Shown here: positions 15,001 to 30,000 of the stretch, in pieces
Layout: the number at the start of each line of letters is the position of its first letter
How positions within the stretch are numbered: the first letter of the stretch is position 1
Source of the DNA: Yuukianura sp. NJ FZ-2021
Taxonomy: Eukaryota
Direction of reading: 5' to 3'
Length of the DNA stretch: 64,000 nucleotides
NCBI GenBank assembly: GCA_046563655.1
Contig: JAJCTO010000015.1
Coordinates: 62,001-126,000, forward strand
Notes under the pieces: model-generated
What the model saw: only the letters and a program-made list of their open reading frames with translations
Told to the model about the DNA's origin: nothing
Database searches by the model: none
Made by a program: the position numbers and the translations under genes

Positions 15001-18000
15001 TTCAGAAAAGTAACTCATTTTCACCCGGCATCGCTCCGAGTGGAGGTTCTTGAAACAAATTTTCATAAAGAAAAGTAACGAGATGAGGGACGACACGGCA
15101 AGTGAAAGTGGGTTCCTGAAGTACTTTTCAGGAGGATCTCAAAAAGGTAGTTGACTTTTACCTAGCATCGTTCCGGAATGCATTTCTTTTGAATTCTTTG
15201 TTTTAAAACTTGAATTTTCATAAATAAAGGTAACAAGATGAGGCACGACACAGCAAGTGAAAGTGCGTTCCTGTAGCACTTTTTATGAGGATTTCAAAAA
15301 TGTAATTTACTTTCTGTTCATTCTCACATTTGCATGTTCATTCTCTCAAATTTAAGTCGTTTTCGACAAAATGGTGCTCGGCATTGCTCTGGGTGCCGTT
15401 TACCAACCCAGGATAAACTCCGAGGCAGTGCGGTTCATCCAGACTTTTAAGCACACTCTAACCAGATTTAATGGCGATCTATCCACGCCAATCAAACTTG
15501 GGTTCCTGAAGTACTTTTCAGGAGGATTTCAGAAAAGTAACTCATTTTCACCCGGCATCGCTCCGAGTGGAGGTTCTTGAAACAAATTTTCATAAAGAAA
15601 AGTAACGAGATGAGGGACGACACGGCAAGTGAAAGTGGGTTCCTGTAGCACTTTTTATGAGGATCTCAAAAAGGTAGTTGACTTTTACCTAGCATCGTTC
15701 CGGAATGCATTTCTTTTGAATTCTTTGTTTTAAAACTTGAATTTTCATAAATAAAGGTAACAAGATGAGGCACGACACAGCAAGTGAAAGTGCGTTCCTG
15801 TAGCACTTTTTATGAGGATTTCAAAAATGTAATTTACTTTCTGTTCATTCTCACATTTGCATGTTCATTCTCTCAAATTTAAGTCGTTTTCGACAAAATG
15901 GTGCTCGGCATTGCTCTGGGTGCCGTTTACCAACCCAAGATAAACTCCGAGGCAGTGCGGTTCATCCAGACTTTTAAGTACACTCTAACCAGATTTAATG
16001 GCGATCTATCCACGCCAATCAAACTTGGGTTCCTGAAGTACTTTTCAGGAGGATTTCAGAAAAGTAACTCATTTTCACCCGGCATCGCTCCGAGTGGAGG
16101 TTCTTGAAACAAATTTTCATAAAGAAAAGTAACGAGATGAGGGACGACACGGCAAGTGAAAGTGGGTTCCTGAAGTACTTTTCAGGAGGATCTCAAAAAG
16201 GTAGTTGACTTTTACCTAGCATCGTTCCGGAATGCATTTCTTTTGAATTCTTTGTTTTAAAACTTGAATTTTCATAAATAAAGGTAACAAGATGAGGCAC
16301 GACACAGCAAGTGAAAGTGCGTTCCTGTAGCACTTTTTATGAGGATTTCAAAAATGTAATTTACTTTCTGTTCATTCTCACATTTGCATGTTCATTCTCT
16401 CAAATTTAAGTCGTTTTCGACAAAATGGTGCTCGGCATTGCTCTGGGTGCCGTTTACCAACCCAAGATAAACTCCGAGGCAGTGCGGTTCATCCAGACTT
16501 TTAAGTACACTCTAACCAGATTTAATGGCGATCTATCCACGCCAATCAAACTTGGGTTCCTGAAGTACTTTTCAGGAGGATTTCAGAAAAGTAACTCATT
16601 TTCACCCGGCATCGCTCCGAGTGGAGGTTCTTGAAACAAATTTTCATAAAGAAAAGTAACGAGATGAGGGACGACACGGCAAGTGAAAGTGGGTTCCTGT
16701 AGCACTTTTTATGAGGATCTCAAAAAGGTAGTTGACTTTTACCTAGCATCGTTCCGGAATGCATTTCTTTTGAATTCTTTGTTTTAAAACTTGAATTTTC
16801 ATAAATAAAGGTAACAAGATGAGGCACGACACAGCAAGTGAAAGTGCGTTCCTGTAGCACTTTTTATGAGGATTTCAAAAATGTAATTTACTTTCTGTTC
16901 ATTCTCACATTTGCATGTTCATTCTCTCAAATTTAAGTCGTTTTCGACAAAATGGTGCTCGGCATTGCTCTGGGTGCCGTTTACCAACCCAAGATAAACT
17001 CCGAGGCAGTGCGGTTCATCCAGACTTTTAAGTACACTCTAACCAGATTTAATGGCGATCTATCCACGCCAATCAAACTTGGGTTCCTGAAGTACTTTTC
17101 AGGAGGATTTCAGAAAAGTAACTCATTTTCACCCGGCATCGCTCCGAGTGGAGGTTCTTGAAACAAATTTTCATAAAGAAAAGTAACGAGATGAGGGACG
17201 ACACGGCAAGTGAAAGTGGGTTCCTGAAGTACTTTTCAGGAGGATCTCAAAAAGGTAGTTGACTTTTACCTAGCATCGTTCCGGAATGCATTTCTTTTGA
17301 ATTCTTTGTTTTAAAACTTGAATTTTCATAAATAAAGGTAACAAGATGAGGCACGACACAGCAAGTGAAAGTGCGTTCCTGTAGCACTTTTTATGAGGAT
17401 TTCAAAAATGTAATTTACTTTCTGTTCATTCTCACATTTGCATGTTCATTCTCTCAAATTTAAGTCGTTTTCGACAAAATGGTGCTCGGCATTGCTCTGG
17501 GTGCCGTTTACCAACCCAAGATAAACTCCGAGGCAGTGCGGTTCATCCAGACTTTTAAGTACACTCTAACCAGATTTAATGGCGATCTATCCACGCCAAT
17601 CAAACTTGGGTTCCTGAAGTACTTTTCAGGAGGATTTCAGAAAAGTAACTCATTTTCACCCGGCATCGCTCCGAGTGGAGGTTCTTGAAACAAATTTTCA
17701 TAAAGAAAAGTAACGAGATGAGGGACGACACGGCAAGTGAAAGTGGGTTCCTGTAGCACTTTTTATGAGGATCTCAAAAAGGTAGTTGACTTTTACCTAG
17801 CATCGTTCCGGAATGCATTTCTTTTGAATTCTTTGTTTTAAAACTTGAATTTTCATAAATAAAGGTAACAAGATGAGGCACGACACAGCAAGTGAAAGTG
17901 CGTTCCTGTAGCACTTTTTATGAGGATTTCAAAAATGTAATTTACTTTCTGTTCATTCTCACATTTGCATGTTCATTCTCTCAAATTTAAGTCGTTTTCG

Positions 18001-21000
18001 ACAAAATGGTGCTCGGCATTGCTCTGGGTGCCGTTTACCAACCCAAGATAAACTCCGAGGCAGTGCGGTTCATCCAGACTTTTAAGTACACTCTAACCAG
18101 ATTTAATGGCGATCTATCCACGCCAATCAAACTTGGGTTCCTGAAGTACTTTTCAGGAGGATTTCAGAAAAGTAACTCATTTTCACCCGGCATCGCTCCG
18201 AGTGGAGGTTCTTGAAACAAATTTTCATAAAGAAAAGTAACGAGATGAGGGACGACACGGCAAGTGAAAGTGGGTTCCTGTAGCACTTTTTATGAGGATC
18301 TCAAAAAGGTAGTTGACTTTTACCTAGCATCGTTCCGGAATGCATTTCTTTTGAATTCTTTGTTTTAAAACTTGAATTTTCATAAATAAAGGTAACAAGA
18401 TGAGGCACGACACAGCAAGTGAAAGTGCGTTCCTGTAGCACTTTTTATGAGGATTTCAAAAATGTAATTTACTTTCTGTTCATTCTCACATTTGCATGTT
18501 CATTCTCTCAAATTTAAGTCGTTTTCGACAAAATGGTGCTCGGCATTGCTCTGGGTGCCGTTTACCAACCCAAGATAAACTCCGAGGCAGTGCGGTTCAT
18601 CCAGACTTTTAAGTACACTCTAACCAGATTTAATGGCGATCTATCCACGCCAATCAAACTTGGGTTCCTGAAGTACTTTTCAGGAGGATCTCAAAAAGGT
18701 AGTTGACTTTTACCTAGCATCGTTCCGGAATGCATTTCTTTTGAATTCTTTGTTTTAAAACTTGAATTTTCATAAATAAAGGTAACAAGATGAGGCACGA
18801 CACAGCAAGTGAAAGTGCGTTCCTGTAGCACTTTTTATGAGGATTTCAAAAATGTAATTTACTTTCTGTTCATTCTCACATTTGCATGTTCATTCTCTCA
18901 AATTTAAGTCGTTTTCGACAAAATGGTGCTCGGCATTGCTCTGGGTGCCGTTTACCAACCCAAGATAAACTCCGAGGCAGTGCGGTTCATCCAGACTTTT
19001 AAGTACACTCTAACCAGATTTAATGGCGATCTATCCACGCCAATCAAACTTGGGTTCCTGAAGTACTTTTCAGGAGGATTTCAGAAAAGTAACTCATTTT
19101 CACCCGGCATCGCTCCGAGTGGAGGTTCTTGAAACAAATTTTCATAAAGAAAAGTAACGAGATGAGGGACGACACGGCAAGTGAAAGTGGGTTCCTGTAG
19201 CACTTTTTATGAGGATCTCAAAAAGGTAGTTGACTTTTACCTAGCATCGTTCCGGAATGCATTTCTTTTGAATTCTTTGTTTTAAAACTTGAATTTTCAT
19301 AAATAAAGGTAACAAGATGAGGCACGACACAGCAAGTGAAAGTGCGTTCCTGTAGCACTTTTTATGAGGATTTCAAAAATGTAATTTACTTTCTGTTCAT
19401 TCTCACATTTGCATGTTCATTCTCTCAAATTTAAGTCGTTTTCGACAAAATGGTGCTCGGCATTGCTCTGGGTGCCGTTTACCAACCCAAGATAAACTCC
19501 GAGGCAGTGCGGTTCATCCAGACTTTTAAGTACACTCTAACCAGATTTAATGGCGATCTATCCACGCCAATCAAACTTGGGTTCCTGAAGTACTTTTCAG
19601 GAGGATTTCAGAAAAGTAACTAATTTTTACCCTGCATCGCTCCGAGTGGAGGTTCTTTTGAATTATTTGTTTTAAAACTTGAATTTTCATAAAGAAAAGT
19701 AACGAGATGAGGGACGACACGGCAAGTGAAAGTGGGTTCCTGTAGCACTTTTTATGAGGATCTCAAAAAGGTAGTTGACTTTTACCTAGCATCGTTCCGG
19801 AATGCATTTCTTTTGAATTCTTTGTTTTAAAACTTGAATTTTCATAAATAAAGGTAACAAGATGAGGCACGACACAGCAAGTGAAAGTGCGTTCCTGTAG
19901 CACTTTTTATGAGGATTTCAAAAATGTAATTTACTTTCTGTTCATTCTCACATTTGCATGTTCATTCTCTCAAATTTAAGTCGTTTTCGACAAAATGGTG
20001 CTCGGCATTGCTCTGGGTGCCGTTTACCAACCCAAGATAAACTCCGAGGCAGTGCGGTTCATCCAGACTTTTAAGTACACTCTAACCAGATTTAATGGCG
20101 ATCTATCCACGCCAATCAAACTTGGGTTCCTGAAGTACTTTTCAGGAGGATTTCAGAAAAGTAACTCATTTTCACCCGGCATCGCTCCGAGTGGAGGTTC
20201 TTGAAACAAATTTTCATAAAGAAAAGTAACGAGATGAGGGACGACACGGCAAGTGAAAGTGGGTTCCTGAAGTACTTTTCAGGAGGATCTCAAAAAGGTA
20301 GTTGACTTTTACCTAGCATCGTTCCGGAATGCATTTCTTTTGAATTCTTTGTTTTAAAACTTGAATTTTCATAAATAAAGGTAACAAGATGAGGCACGAC
20401 ACAGCAAGTGAAAGTGCGTTCCTGTAGCACTTTTTATGAGGATTTCAAAAATGTAATTTACTTTCTGTTCATTCTCACATTTGCATGTTCATTCTTTCAA
20501 ATTTAAGTCGTTTTCGACAAAATGGTGCTCGGCATTGCTCTGGGTGCCGTTTACCAACCCAAGATAAACTCCGAGGCAGTGCGGTTCATCCAGACTTTTA
20601 AGCACACTCTAACCAGATTTAATGGCGATCTATCCACGCCAACCAAACTTGGGTTCCTGAAGTACTTTTCAGGAGGATTTCAGAAAAGTAACTCATTTTC
20701 ACCCGGCATCGCTCCGAGTGGAGGTTCTTGAAACAAATTTTCATAAAGAAAAGTAACGAGATGAGGGACGACACGGCAAGTGAAAGTGGGTTCCTGTAGC
20801 ACTTTTTATGAGGATCTCAAAAAGGTAGTTGACTTTTACCTAGCATCGTTCCGGAATGCATTTCTTTTGAATTCTTTGTTTTAAAACTTGAATTTTCATA
20901 AATAAAGGTAACAAGATGAGGCACGACACAGCAAGTGAAAGTGCGTTCCTGTAGCACTTTTTATGAGGATTTCAAAAATGTAATTTACTTTCTGTTCATT

Positions 21001-24000
21001 CTCACATTTGCATGTTCATTCTCTCAAATTTAAGTCGTTTTCGACAAAATGGTGCTCGGCATTGCTCTGGGTGCCGTTTACCAACCCAAGATAAACTCCG
21101 AGGCAGTGCGGTTCATCCAGACTTTTAAGTACACTCTAACCAGATTTAATGGCGATCTATCCACGCCAATCAAACTTGGGTTCCTGAAGTACTTTTCAGG
21201 AGGATTTCAGAAAAGTAACTCATTTTCACCCGGCATCGCTCCGAGTGGAGGTTCTTGAAACAAATTTTCATAAAGAAAAGTAACGAGATGAGGGACGACA
21301 CGGCAAGTGAAAGTGGGTTCCTGTAGCACTTTTTATGAGGATCTCAAAAAGGTAGTTGACTTTTACCTAGCATCGTTCCGGAATGCATTTCTTTTGAATT
21401 CTTTGTTTTAAAACTTGAATTTTCATAAATAAAGGTAACAAGATGAGGCACGACACAGCAAGTGAAAGTGCGTTCCTGTAGCACTTTTTATGAGGATTTC
21501 AAAAATGTAATTTACTTTCTGTTCATTCTCACATTTGCATGTTCATTCTCTCAAATTTAAGTCGTTTTCGACAAAATGGTGCTCGGCATTGCTCTGGGTG
21601 CCGTTTACCAACCCAAGATAAACTCCGAGGCAGTGCGGTTCATCCAGACTTTTAAGCACACTCTAACCAGATTTAATGGCGATCTATCCACGCCAATCAA
21701 ACTTGGGTTCCTGAAGTACTTTTCAGGAGGATTTCAGAAAAGTAACTCATTTTCACCCGGCATCGCTCCGAGTGGAGGTTCTTGAAACAAATTTTCATAA
21801 AGAAAAGTAACGAGATGAGGGACGACACGGCAAGTGAAAGTGGGTTCCTGTAGCACTTTTTATGAGGATCTCAAAAAGGTAGTTGACTTTTACCTAGCAT
21901 CGTTCCGGAATGCATTTCTTTTGAATTCTTTGTTTTAAAACTTGAATTTTCATAAATAAAGGTAACAAGATGAGGCACGACACAGCAAGTGAAAGTGCGT
22001 TCCTGTAGCACTTTTTATGAGGATTTCAAAAATGTAATTTACTTTCTGTTCATTCTCACATTTGCATGTTCATTCTCTCAAATTTAAGTCGTTTTCGACA
22101 AAATGGTGCTCGGCATTGCTCTGGGTGCCGTTTACCAACCCAAGATAAACTCCGAGGCAGTGCGGTTCATCCAGACTTTTAAGTACACTCTAACCAGATT
22201 TAATGGCGACCTATCCACGGCAATCAAACTTGGATTCCTGAAGTACTTTTCAGGAGGATTTCAGAAAAGTAACTCATTTTCACCCGGCATGGCTCCGAGT
22301 GGAGGTTCTTGAAACAAATTTTCATAAAGAAAAGTAACGAGATGAGGGACGACACGGCAAGTGAAAGTGGGTTCCTGAAGTACTTTTCAGGAGGATCTCA
22401 AAAAGGTAGTTGACTTTTACCTAGCATCGTTCCGGAATGCATTTCTTTTGAATTCTTTGTTTTAAAACTTGAATTTTCATAAATAAAGGTAACAAGATGA
22501 GGCACGACACAGCAAGTGAAAGTGCGTTCCTGTAGCACTTTTTATGAGGATTTCAAAAATGTAATTTACTTTCTGTTCATTCTCACATTTGCATGTTCAT
22601 TCTCTCAAATTTAAGTCGTTTTCGACAAAATGGTGCTCGGCATTGCTCTGGGTGCCGTTTACCAACCCAAGATAAACTCCGAGGCAGTGCGGTTCATCCA
22701 GACTTTTAAGTACACTCTAACCAGATTTAATGGCGATCTATCCACGCCAATCAAACTTGGGTTCCTGAAGTACTTTTCAGGAGGATTTCAGAAAAGTAAC
22801 TCATTTTCACCCGGCATCGCTCCGAGTGGAGGTTCTTGAAACAAATTTTCATAAAGAAAAGTAACGAGATGAGGGACGACACGGCAAGTGAAAGTGGGTT
22901 CCTGTAGCACTTTTTATGAGGATCTCAAAAAGGTAGTTGACTTTTACCTAGCATCGTTCCGGAATGCATTTCTTTTGAATTCTTTGTTTTAAAACTTGAA
23001 TTTTCATAAATAAAGGTAACAAGATGAGGCACGACACAGCAAGTGAAAGTGCGTTCCTGTAGCACTTTTTATGAGGATTTCAAAAATGTAATTTACTTTC
23101 TGTTCATTCTCACATTTGCATGTTCATTCTCTCAAATTTAAGTCGTTTTCGACAAAATGGTGCTCGGCATTGCTCTGGGTGCCGTTTACCAACCCAAGAT
23201 AAACTCCGAGGCAGTGCGGTTCATCCAGACTTTTAAGTACACTCTAACCAGATTTAATGGCGATCTATCCACGCCAATAAAACTTGGGTTCCTGAAGTAC
23301 TTTTCAGGAGGATCTCAAAAAGGTAGTTGACTTTTACCTAGCATCGTTCCGGAATGCATTTCTTTTGAATTCTTTGTTTTAAAACTTGAATTTTCATAAA
23401 TAAAGGTAACAAGATGAGGCACGACACAGCAAGTGAAAGTGCGTTCCTGTAGCACTTTTTATGAGGATTTCAAAAATGTAATTTACTTTCTGTTCATTCT
23501 CACATTTGCATGTTCATTCTTTCAAATTTAAGTCGTTTTCGACAAAATGGTGCTCGGCATTGCTCTGGGTGCCGTTTACCAACCCAAGATAAACTCCGAG
23601 GCAGTGCGGTTCATCCAGACTTTTAAGTACACTCTAACCAGATTTAATGGCGATCTATCCACGCCAATCAAACTTGGGTTCCTGAAGTACTTTTCAGGAG
23701 GATTTCAAAAAGGTAGTTGACTTTTACCTAGCATCGTTCCGGAATGCATTTCTTTTGAATTCTTTGTTTTAAAACTTGAATTTTCATAAATAAAGGTAAC
23801 AAGATGAGGCACGACACAGCAAGTGAAAGTGCGTTCCTGTAGCACTTTTTATGAGGATTTCAAAAATGTAATTTACTTTCTGTTCATTCTCACATTTGCA
23901 TGTTCATTCTCTCAAATTTAAGTCGTTTTCGACAAAATGGTGCTCGGCATTGCTCTGGGTGCCGTTTACCAACCCAAGATAAACTCCGAGGCAGTGCGGT

Positions 24001-27000
24001 TCATCCAGACTTTTAAGTACACTCTAACCAGATTTAATGGCGATCTATCCACGCCAATCAAACTTGGGTTCCTGAAGTACTTTTCAGGAGGATTTCAGAA
24101 AAGTAACTCATTTTCACCCGGCATCGCTCCGAGTGGAGGTTCTTGAAACAAATTTTCATAAAGAAAAGTAACGAGATGAGGGACGACACGGCAAGTGAAA
24201 GTGGGTTCCTGTAGCACTTTTTATGAGGATCTCAAAAAGGTAGTTGACTTTTACCTAGCATCGTTCCGGAATGCATTTCTTTTGAATTCTTTGTTTTAAA
24301 ACTTGAATTTTCATAAATAAAGGTAACAAGATGAGGCACGACACAGCAAGTGAAAGTGCGTTCCTGTAGCACTTTTTATGAGGATTTCAAAAATGTAATT
24401 TACTTTCTGTTCATTCTCACATTTGCATGTTCATTCTCTCAAATTTAAGTCGTTTTCGACAAAATGGTGCTCGGCATTGCTCTGGGTGCCGTTTACCAAC
24501 CCAAGATAAACTCCGAGGCAGTGCGGTTCATCCAGACTTTTAAGTACACTCTAACCAGATTTAATGGCGATCTATCCACGCCAATCAAACTTGGGTTCCT
24601 GAAGTACTTTTCAGGAGGATTTCAGAAAAGTAACTCATTTTCACCCGGCATCGCTCCGAGTGGAGGTTCTTGAAACAAATTTTCATAAAGAAAAGTAACG
24701 AGATGAGGGACGACACGGCAAGTGAAAGTGGGTTCCTGTAGCACTTTTTATGAGGATCTCAAAAAGGTAGTTGACTTTTACCTAGCATCGTTCCGGAATG
24801 CATTTCTTTTGAATTCTTTGTTTTAAAACTTGAATTTTCATAAATAAAGGTAACAAGATGAGGCACGACACAGCAAGTGAAAGTGCGTTCCTGTAGCACT
24901 TTTTATGAGGATTTCAAAAATGTAATTTACTTTCTGTTCATTCTCACATTTGCATGTTCATTCTCTCAAATTTAAGTCGTTTTCGACAAAATGGTGCTCG
25001 GCATTGCTCTGGGTGCCGTTTACCAACCCAAGATAAACTCCGAGGCAGTGCGGTTCATCCAGACTTTTAAGTACACTCTAACCAGATTTAATGGCGATCT
25101 ATCCACGCCAATCAAACTTGGGTTCCTGAAGTACTTTTCAGGAGGATTTCAGAAAAGTAACTCATTTTCACCCGGCATCGCTCCGAGTGGAGGTTCTTGA
25201 AACAAATTTTCATAAAGAAAAGTAACGAGATGAGGGACGACACGGCAAGTGAAAGTGGGTTCCTGAAGTACTTTTCAGGAGGATCTCAAAAAGGTAGTTG
25301 ACTTTTACCTAGCATCGTTCCGGAATGCATTTCTTTTGAATTCTTTGTTTTAAAACTTGAATTTTCATAAATAAAGGTAACAAGATGAGGCACGACACAG
25401 CAAGTGAAAGTGCGTTCCTGTAGCACTTTTTATGAGGATTTCAAAAATGTAATTTACTTTCTGTTCATTCTCACATTTGCATGTTCATTCTCTCAAATTT
25501 AAGTCGTTTTCGACAAAATGGTGCTCGGCATTGCTCTGGGTGCCGTTTACCAACCCAAGATAAACTCCGAGGCAGTGCGGTTCATCCAGACTTTTAAGCA
25601 CACTCTAACCAGATTTAATGGCGATCTATCCACGCCAATCAAACTTGGGTTCCTGAAGTACTTTTCAGGAGGATTTCAGAAAAGTAACTCATTTTCACCC
25701 GGCATCGCTCCGAGTGGAGGTTCTTGAAACAAATTTTCATAAAGAAAAGTAACGAGATGAGGGACGACACGGCAAGTGAAAGTGGGTTCCTGTAGCACTT
25801 TTTATGAGGATCTCAAAAAGGTAGTTGACTTTTACCTAGCATCGTTCCGGAATGCATTTCTTTTGAATTCTTTGTTTTAAAACTTGAATTTTCATAAATA
25901 AAGGTAACAAGATGAGGCACGACACAGCAAGTGAAAGTGCGTTCCTGTAGCACTTTTTATGAGGATTTCAAAAATGTAATTTACTTTCTGTTCATTCTCA
26001 CATTTGCATGTTCATTCTCTCAAATTTAAGTCGTTTTCGACAAAATGGTGCTCGGCATTGCTCTGGGTGCCGTTTACCAACCCAAGATAAACTCCGAGGC
26101 AGTGCGGTTCATCCAGACTTTTAAGTACACTCTAACCAGATTTAATGGCGATCTATCCACGCCAATCAAACTTGGGTTCCTGAAGTACTTTTCAGGAGGA
26201 TCTCAAAAAGGTAGTTGACTTTTACCTAGCATCGTTCCGGAATGCATTTCTTTTGAATTCTTTGTTTTAAAACTTGAATTTTCATAAATAAAGGTAACAA
26301 GATGAGGCACGACACAGCAAGTGAAAGTGCGTTCCTGTAGCACTTTTTATGAGGATTTCAAAAATGTAATTTACTTTCTGTTCATTCTCACATTTGCATG
26401 TTCATTCTTTCAAATTTAAGTCGTTTTCGACAAAATGGTGCTCGGCATTGCTCTGGGTGCCGTTTACCAACCCAAGATAAACTCCGAGGCAGTGCGGTTC
26501 ATCCAGACTTTTAAGCACACTCTAACCAGATTTAATGGCGATCTATCCACGCCAATCAAACTTGGGTTCCTGAAGTACTTTTCAGGAGGATTTCAGAAAA
26601 GTAACTCATTTTCACCCGGCATCGCTCCGAGTGGAGGTTCTTGAAACAAATTTTCATAAAGAAAAGTAACGAGATGAGGGACGACACGGCAAGTGAAAGT
26701 GGGTTCCTGTAGCACTTTTTATGAGGATCTCAAAAAGGTAGTTGACTTTTACCTAGCATCGTTCCGGAATGCATTTCTTTTGAATTCTTTGTTTTAAAAC
26801 TTGAATTTTCATAAATAAAGGTAACAAGATGAGGCACGACACAGCAAGTGAAAGTGCGTTCCTGTAGCACTTTTTATGAGGATTTCAAAAATGTAATTTA
26901 CTTTCTGTTCATTCTCACATTTGCATGTTCATTCTCTCAAATTTAAGTCGTTTTCGACAAAATGGTGCTCGGCATTGCTCTGGGTGCCGTTTACCAACCC

Positions 27001-30000
27001 AAGATAAACTCCGAGGCAGTGCGGTTCATCCAGACTTTTAAGTACACTCTAACCAGATTTAATGGCGATCTATCCACGCCAATCAAACTTGGGTTCCTGA
27101 AGTACTTTTCAGGAGGATTTCAGAAAAGTAACTCATTTTCACCCGGCATCGCTCCGAGTGGAGGTTCTTGAAACAAATTTTCATAAAGAAAAGTAACGAG
27201 ATGAGGGACGACACGGCAAGTGAAAGTGGGTTCCTGTAGCACTTTTTATGAGGATCTCAAAAAGGTAGTTGACTTTTACCTAGCATCGTTCCGGAATGCA
27301 TTTCTTTTGAATTCTTTGTTTTAAAACTTGAATTTTCATAAATAAAGGTAACAAGATGAGGCACGACACAGCAAGTGAAAGTGCGTTCCTGTAGCACTTT
27401 TTATGAGGATTTCAAAAATGTAATTTACTTTCTGTTCATTCTCACATTTGCATGTTCATTCTCTCAAATTTAAGTCGTTTTCGACAAAATGGTGCTCGGC
27501 ATTGCTCTGGGTGCCGTTTACCAACCCAAGATAAACTCCGAGGCAGTGCGGTTCATCCAGACTTTTAAGTACACTCTAACCAGATTTAATGGCGATCTAT
27601 CCACGCCAATCAAACTTGGGTTCCTGAAGTACTTTTCAGGAGGATTTCAAAAAAGTAGTTGACTTTTACCTAGCATCGTTCCGGAATGCATTTCTTTTGA
27701 ATTCTTTGTTTTAAAACTTGAATTTTCATAAATAAAGGTAACAAGATGAGGCACGACACAGCAAGTGAAAGTGCGTTCCTGTAGCACTTTTTATGAGGAT
27801 TTCAAAAATGTAATTTACTTTCTGTTCATTCTCACATTTGCATGTTCATTCTTTCAAATTTAAGTCGTTTTCTACAAAATGGTGCTCGGCATTGCTCTGG
27901 GTGCCGTTTACCAACCCAAGATAAACTCCGAGGCAGTGCGGTTCATCCAGACTTTTAAGTACACTCTAACCAGATTTAATGGCGATCTATCCACGCCAAT
28001 CAAACTTGGGTTCCTGAAGTACTTTTCAGGAGGATCTCAAAAAGGTAGTTGACTTTTACCTAGCATCGTTCCGGAATGCATTTCTTTTGAATTCTTTGTT
28101 TTAAAACTTGAATTTTCATAAATAAAGGTAACAAGATGAGGCACGACACAGCAAGTGAAAGTGCGTTCCTGTAGCACTTTTTATGAGGATTTCAAAAATG
28201 TAATTTACTTTCTGTTCATTCTCACATTTGCATGTTCATTCTTTCAAATTTAAGTCGTTTTCTACAAAATGGTGCTCGGCATTGCTCTGGGTGCCGTTTA
28301 CCAACCCAAGATAAACTCCGAGGCAGTGCGGTTCATCCAGACTTTTAAGCACACTCTAACCAGATTTAATGGCGATCTATCCACGCCAATCAAACTTGGG
28401 TTCCTGAAGTACTTTTCAGGAGGATTTCAGAAAAGTAACTCATTTTCACCCGGCATCGCTCCGAGTGGAGGTTCTTGAAACAAATTTTCATAAAGAAAAG
28501 TAACGAGATGAGGGACGACACGGCAAGTGAAAGTGGGTTCCTGTAGCACTTTTTATGAGGATCTCAAAAAGGTAGTTGACTTTTACCTAGCATCGTTCCG
28601 GAATGCATTTCTTTTGAATTCTTTGTTTTAAAACTTGAATTTTCATAAATAAAGGTAACAAGATGAGGCACGACACAGCAAGTGAAAGTGCGTTCCTGTA
28701 GCACTTTTTATGAGGATTTCAAAAATGTAATTTACTTTCTGTTCATTCTCACATTTGCATGTTCATTCTCTCAAATTTAAGTCGTTTTCGACAAAATGGT
28801 GCTCGGCATTGCTCTGGGTGCCGTTTACCAACCCAAGATAAACTCCGAGGCAGTGCGGTTCATCCAGACTTTTAAGTACACTCTAACCAGATTTAATGGC
28901 GATCTATCCACGCCAATCAAACTTGGGTTCCTGAAGTACTTTTCAGGAGGATCTCAAAAAGGTAGTTGACTTTTACCTAGCATCGTTCCGGAATGCATTT
29001 CTTTTGAATTCTTTGTTTTAAAACTTGAATTTTCATAAATAAAGGTAACAAGATGAGGCACGACACAGCAAGTGAAAGTGCGCTCCTGTAGCACTTTTTA
29101 TGAGGATTTCAAAAATGTAATTTACTTTCTGTTCATTCTCACATTTGCATGTTCATTCTTTCAAATTTAAGTCGTTTTCGACAAAATGGTGCTCGGCATT
29201 GCTCTGGGTGCCGTTTACCAACCCAAGATAAACTCCGAGGCAGTGCGGTTCATCCAGACTTTTAAGCACACTCTAACCAGATTTAATGGCGATCTATCCA
29301 CGCCAATCAAACTTGGGTTCCTGAAGTACTTTTCAGGAGGATTTCAGAAAAGTAACTCATTTTCACCCGGCATCGCTCCGAGTGGAGGTTCTTGAAACAA
29401 ATTTTCATAAAGAAAAGTAACGAGATGAGGGACGACACGGCAAGTGAAAGTGGGTTCCTGTAGCACTTTTTATGAGGATCTCAAAAAGGTAGTTGACTTT
29501 TACCTAGCATCGTTCCGGAATGCATTTCTTTTGAATTCTTTGTTTTAAAACTTGAATTTTCATAAATAAAGGTAACAAGATGAGGCACGACACAGCAAGT
29601 GAAAGTGCGTTCCTGTAGCACTTTTTATGAGGATTTCAAAAATGTAATTTACTTTCTGTTCATTCTCACATTTGCATGTTCATTCTCTCAAATTTAAGTC
29701 GTTTTCGACAAAATGGTGCTCGGCATTGCTCTGGGTGCCGTTTACCAACCCAAGATAAACTCCGAGGCAGTGCGGTTCATCCAGACTTTTAAGTACACTC
29801 TAACCAGATTTAATGGCGATCTATCCACGCCAATCAAACTTGGGTTCCTGAAGTACTTTTCAGGAGGATTTCAGAAAAGTAACTCATTTTCACCCGGCAT
29901 CGCTCCGAGTGGAGGTTCTTGAAACAAATTTTCATAAAGAAAAGTAACGAGATGAGGGACGACACGGCAAGTGAAAGTGGGTTCCTGTAGCACTTTTTAT

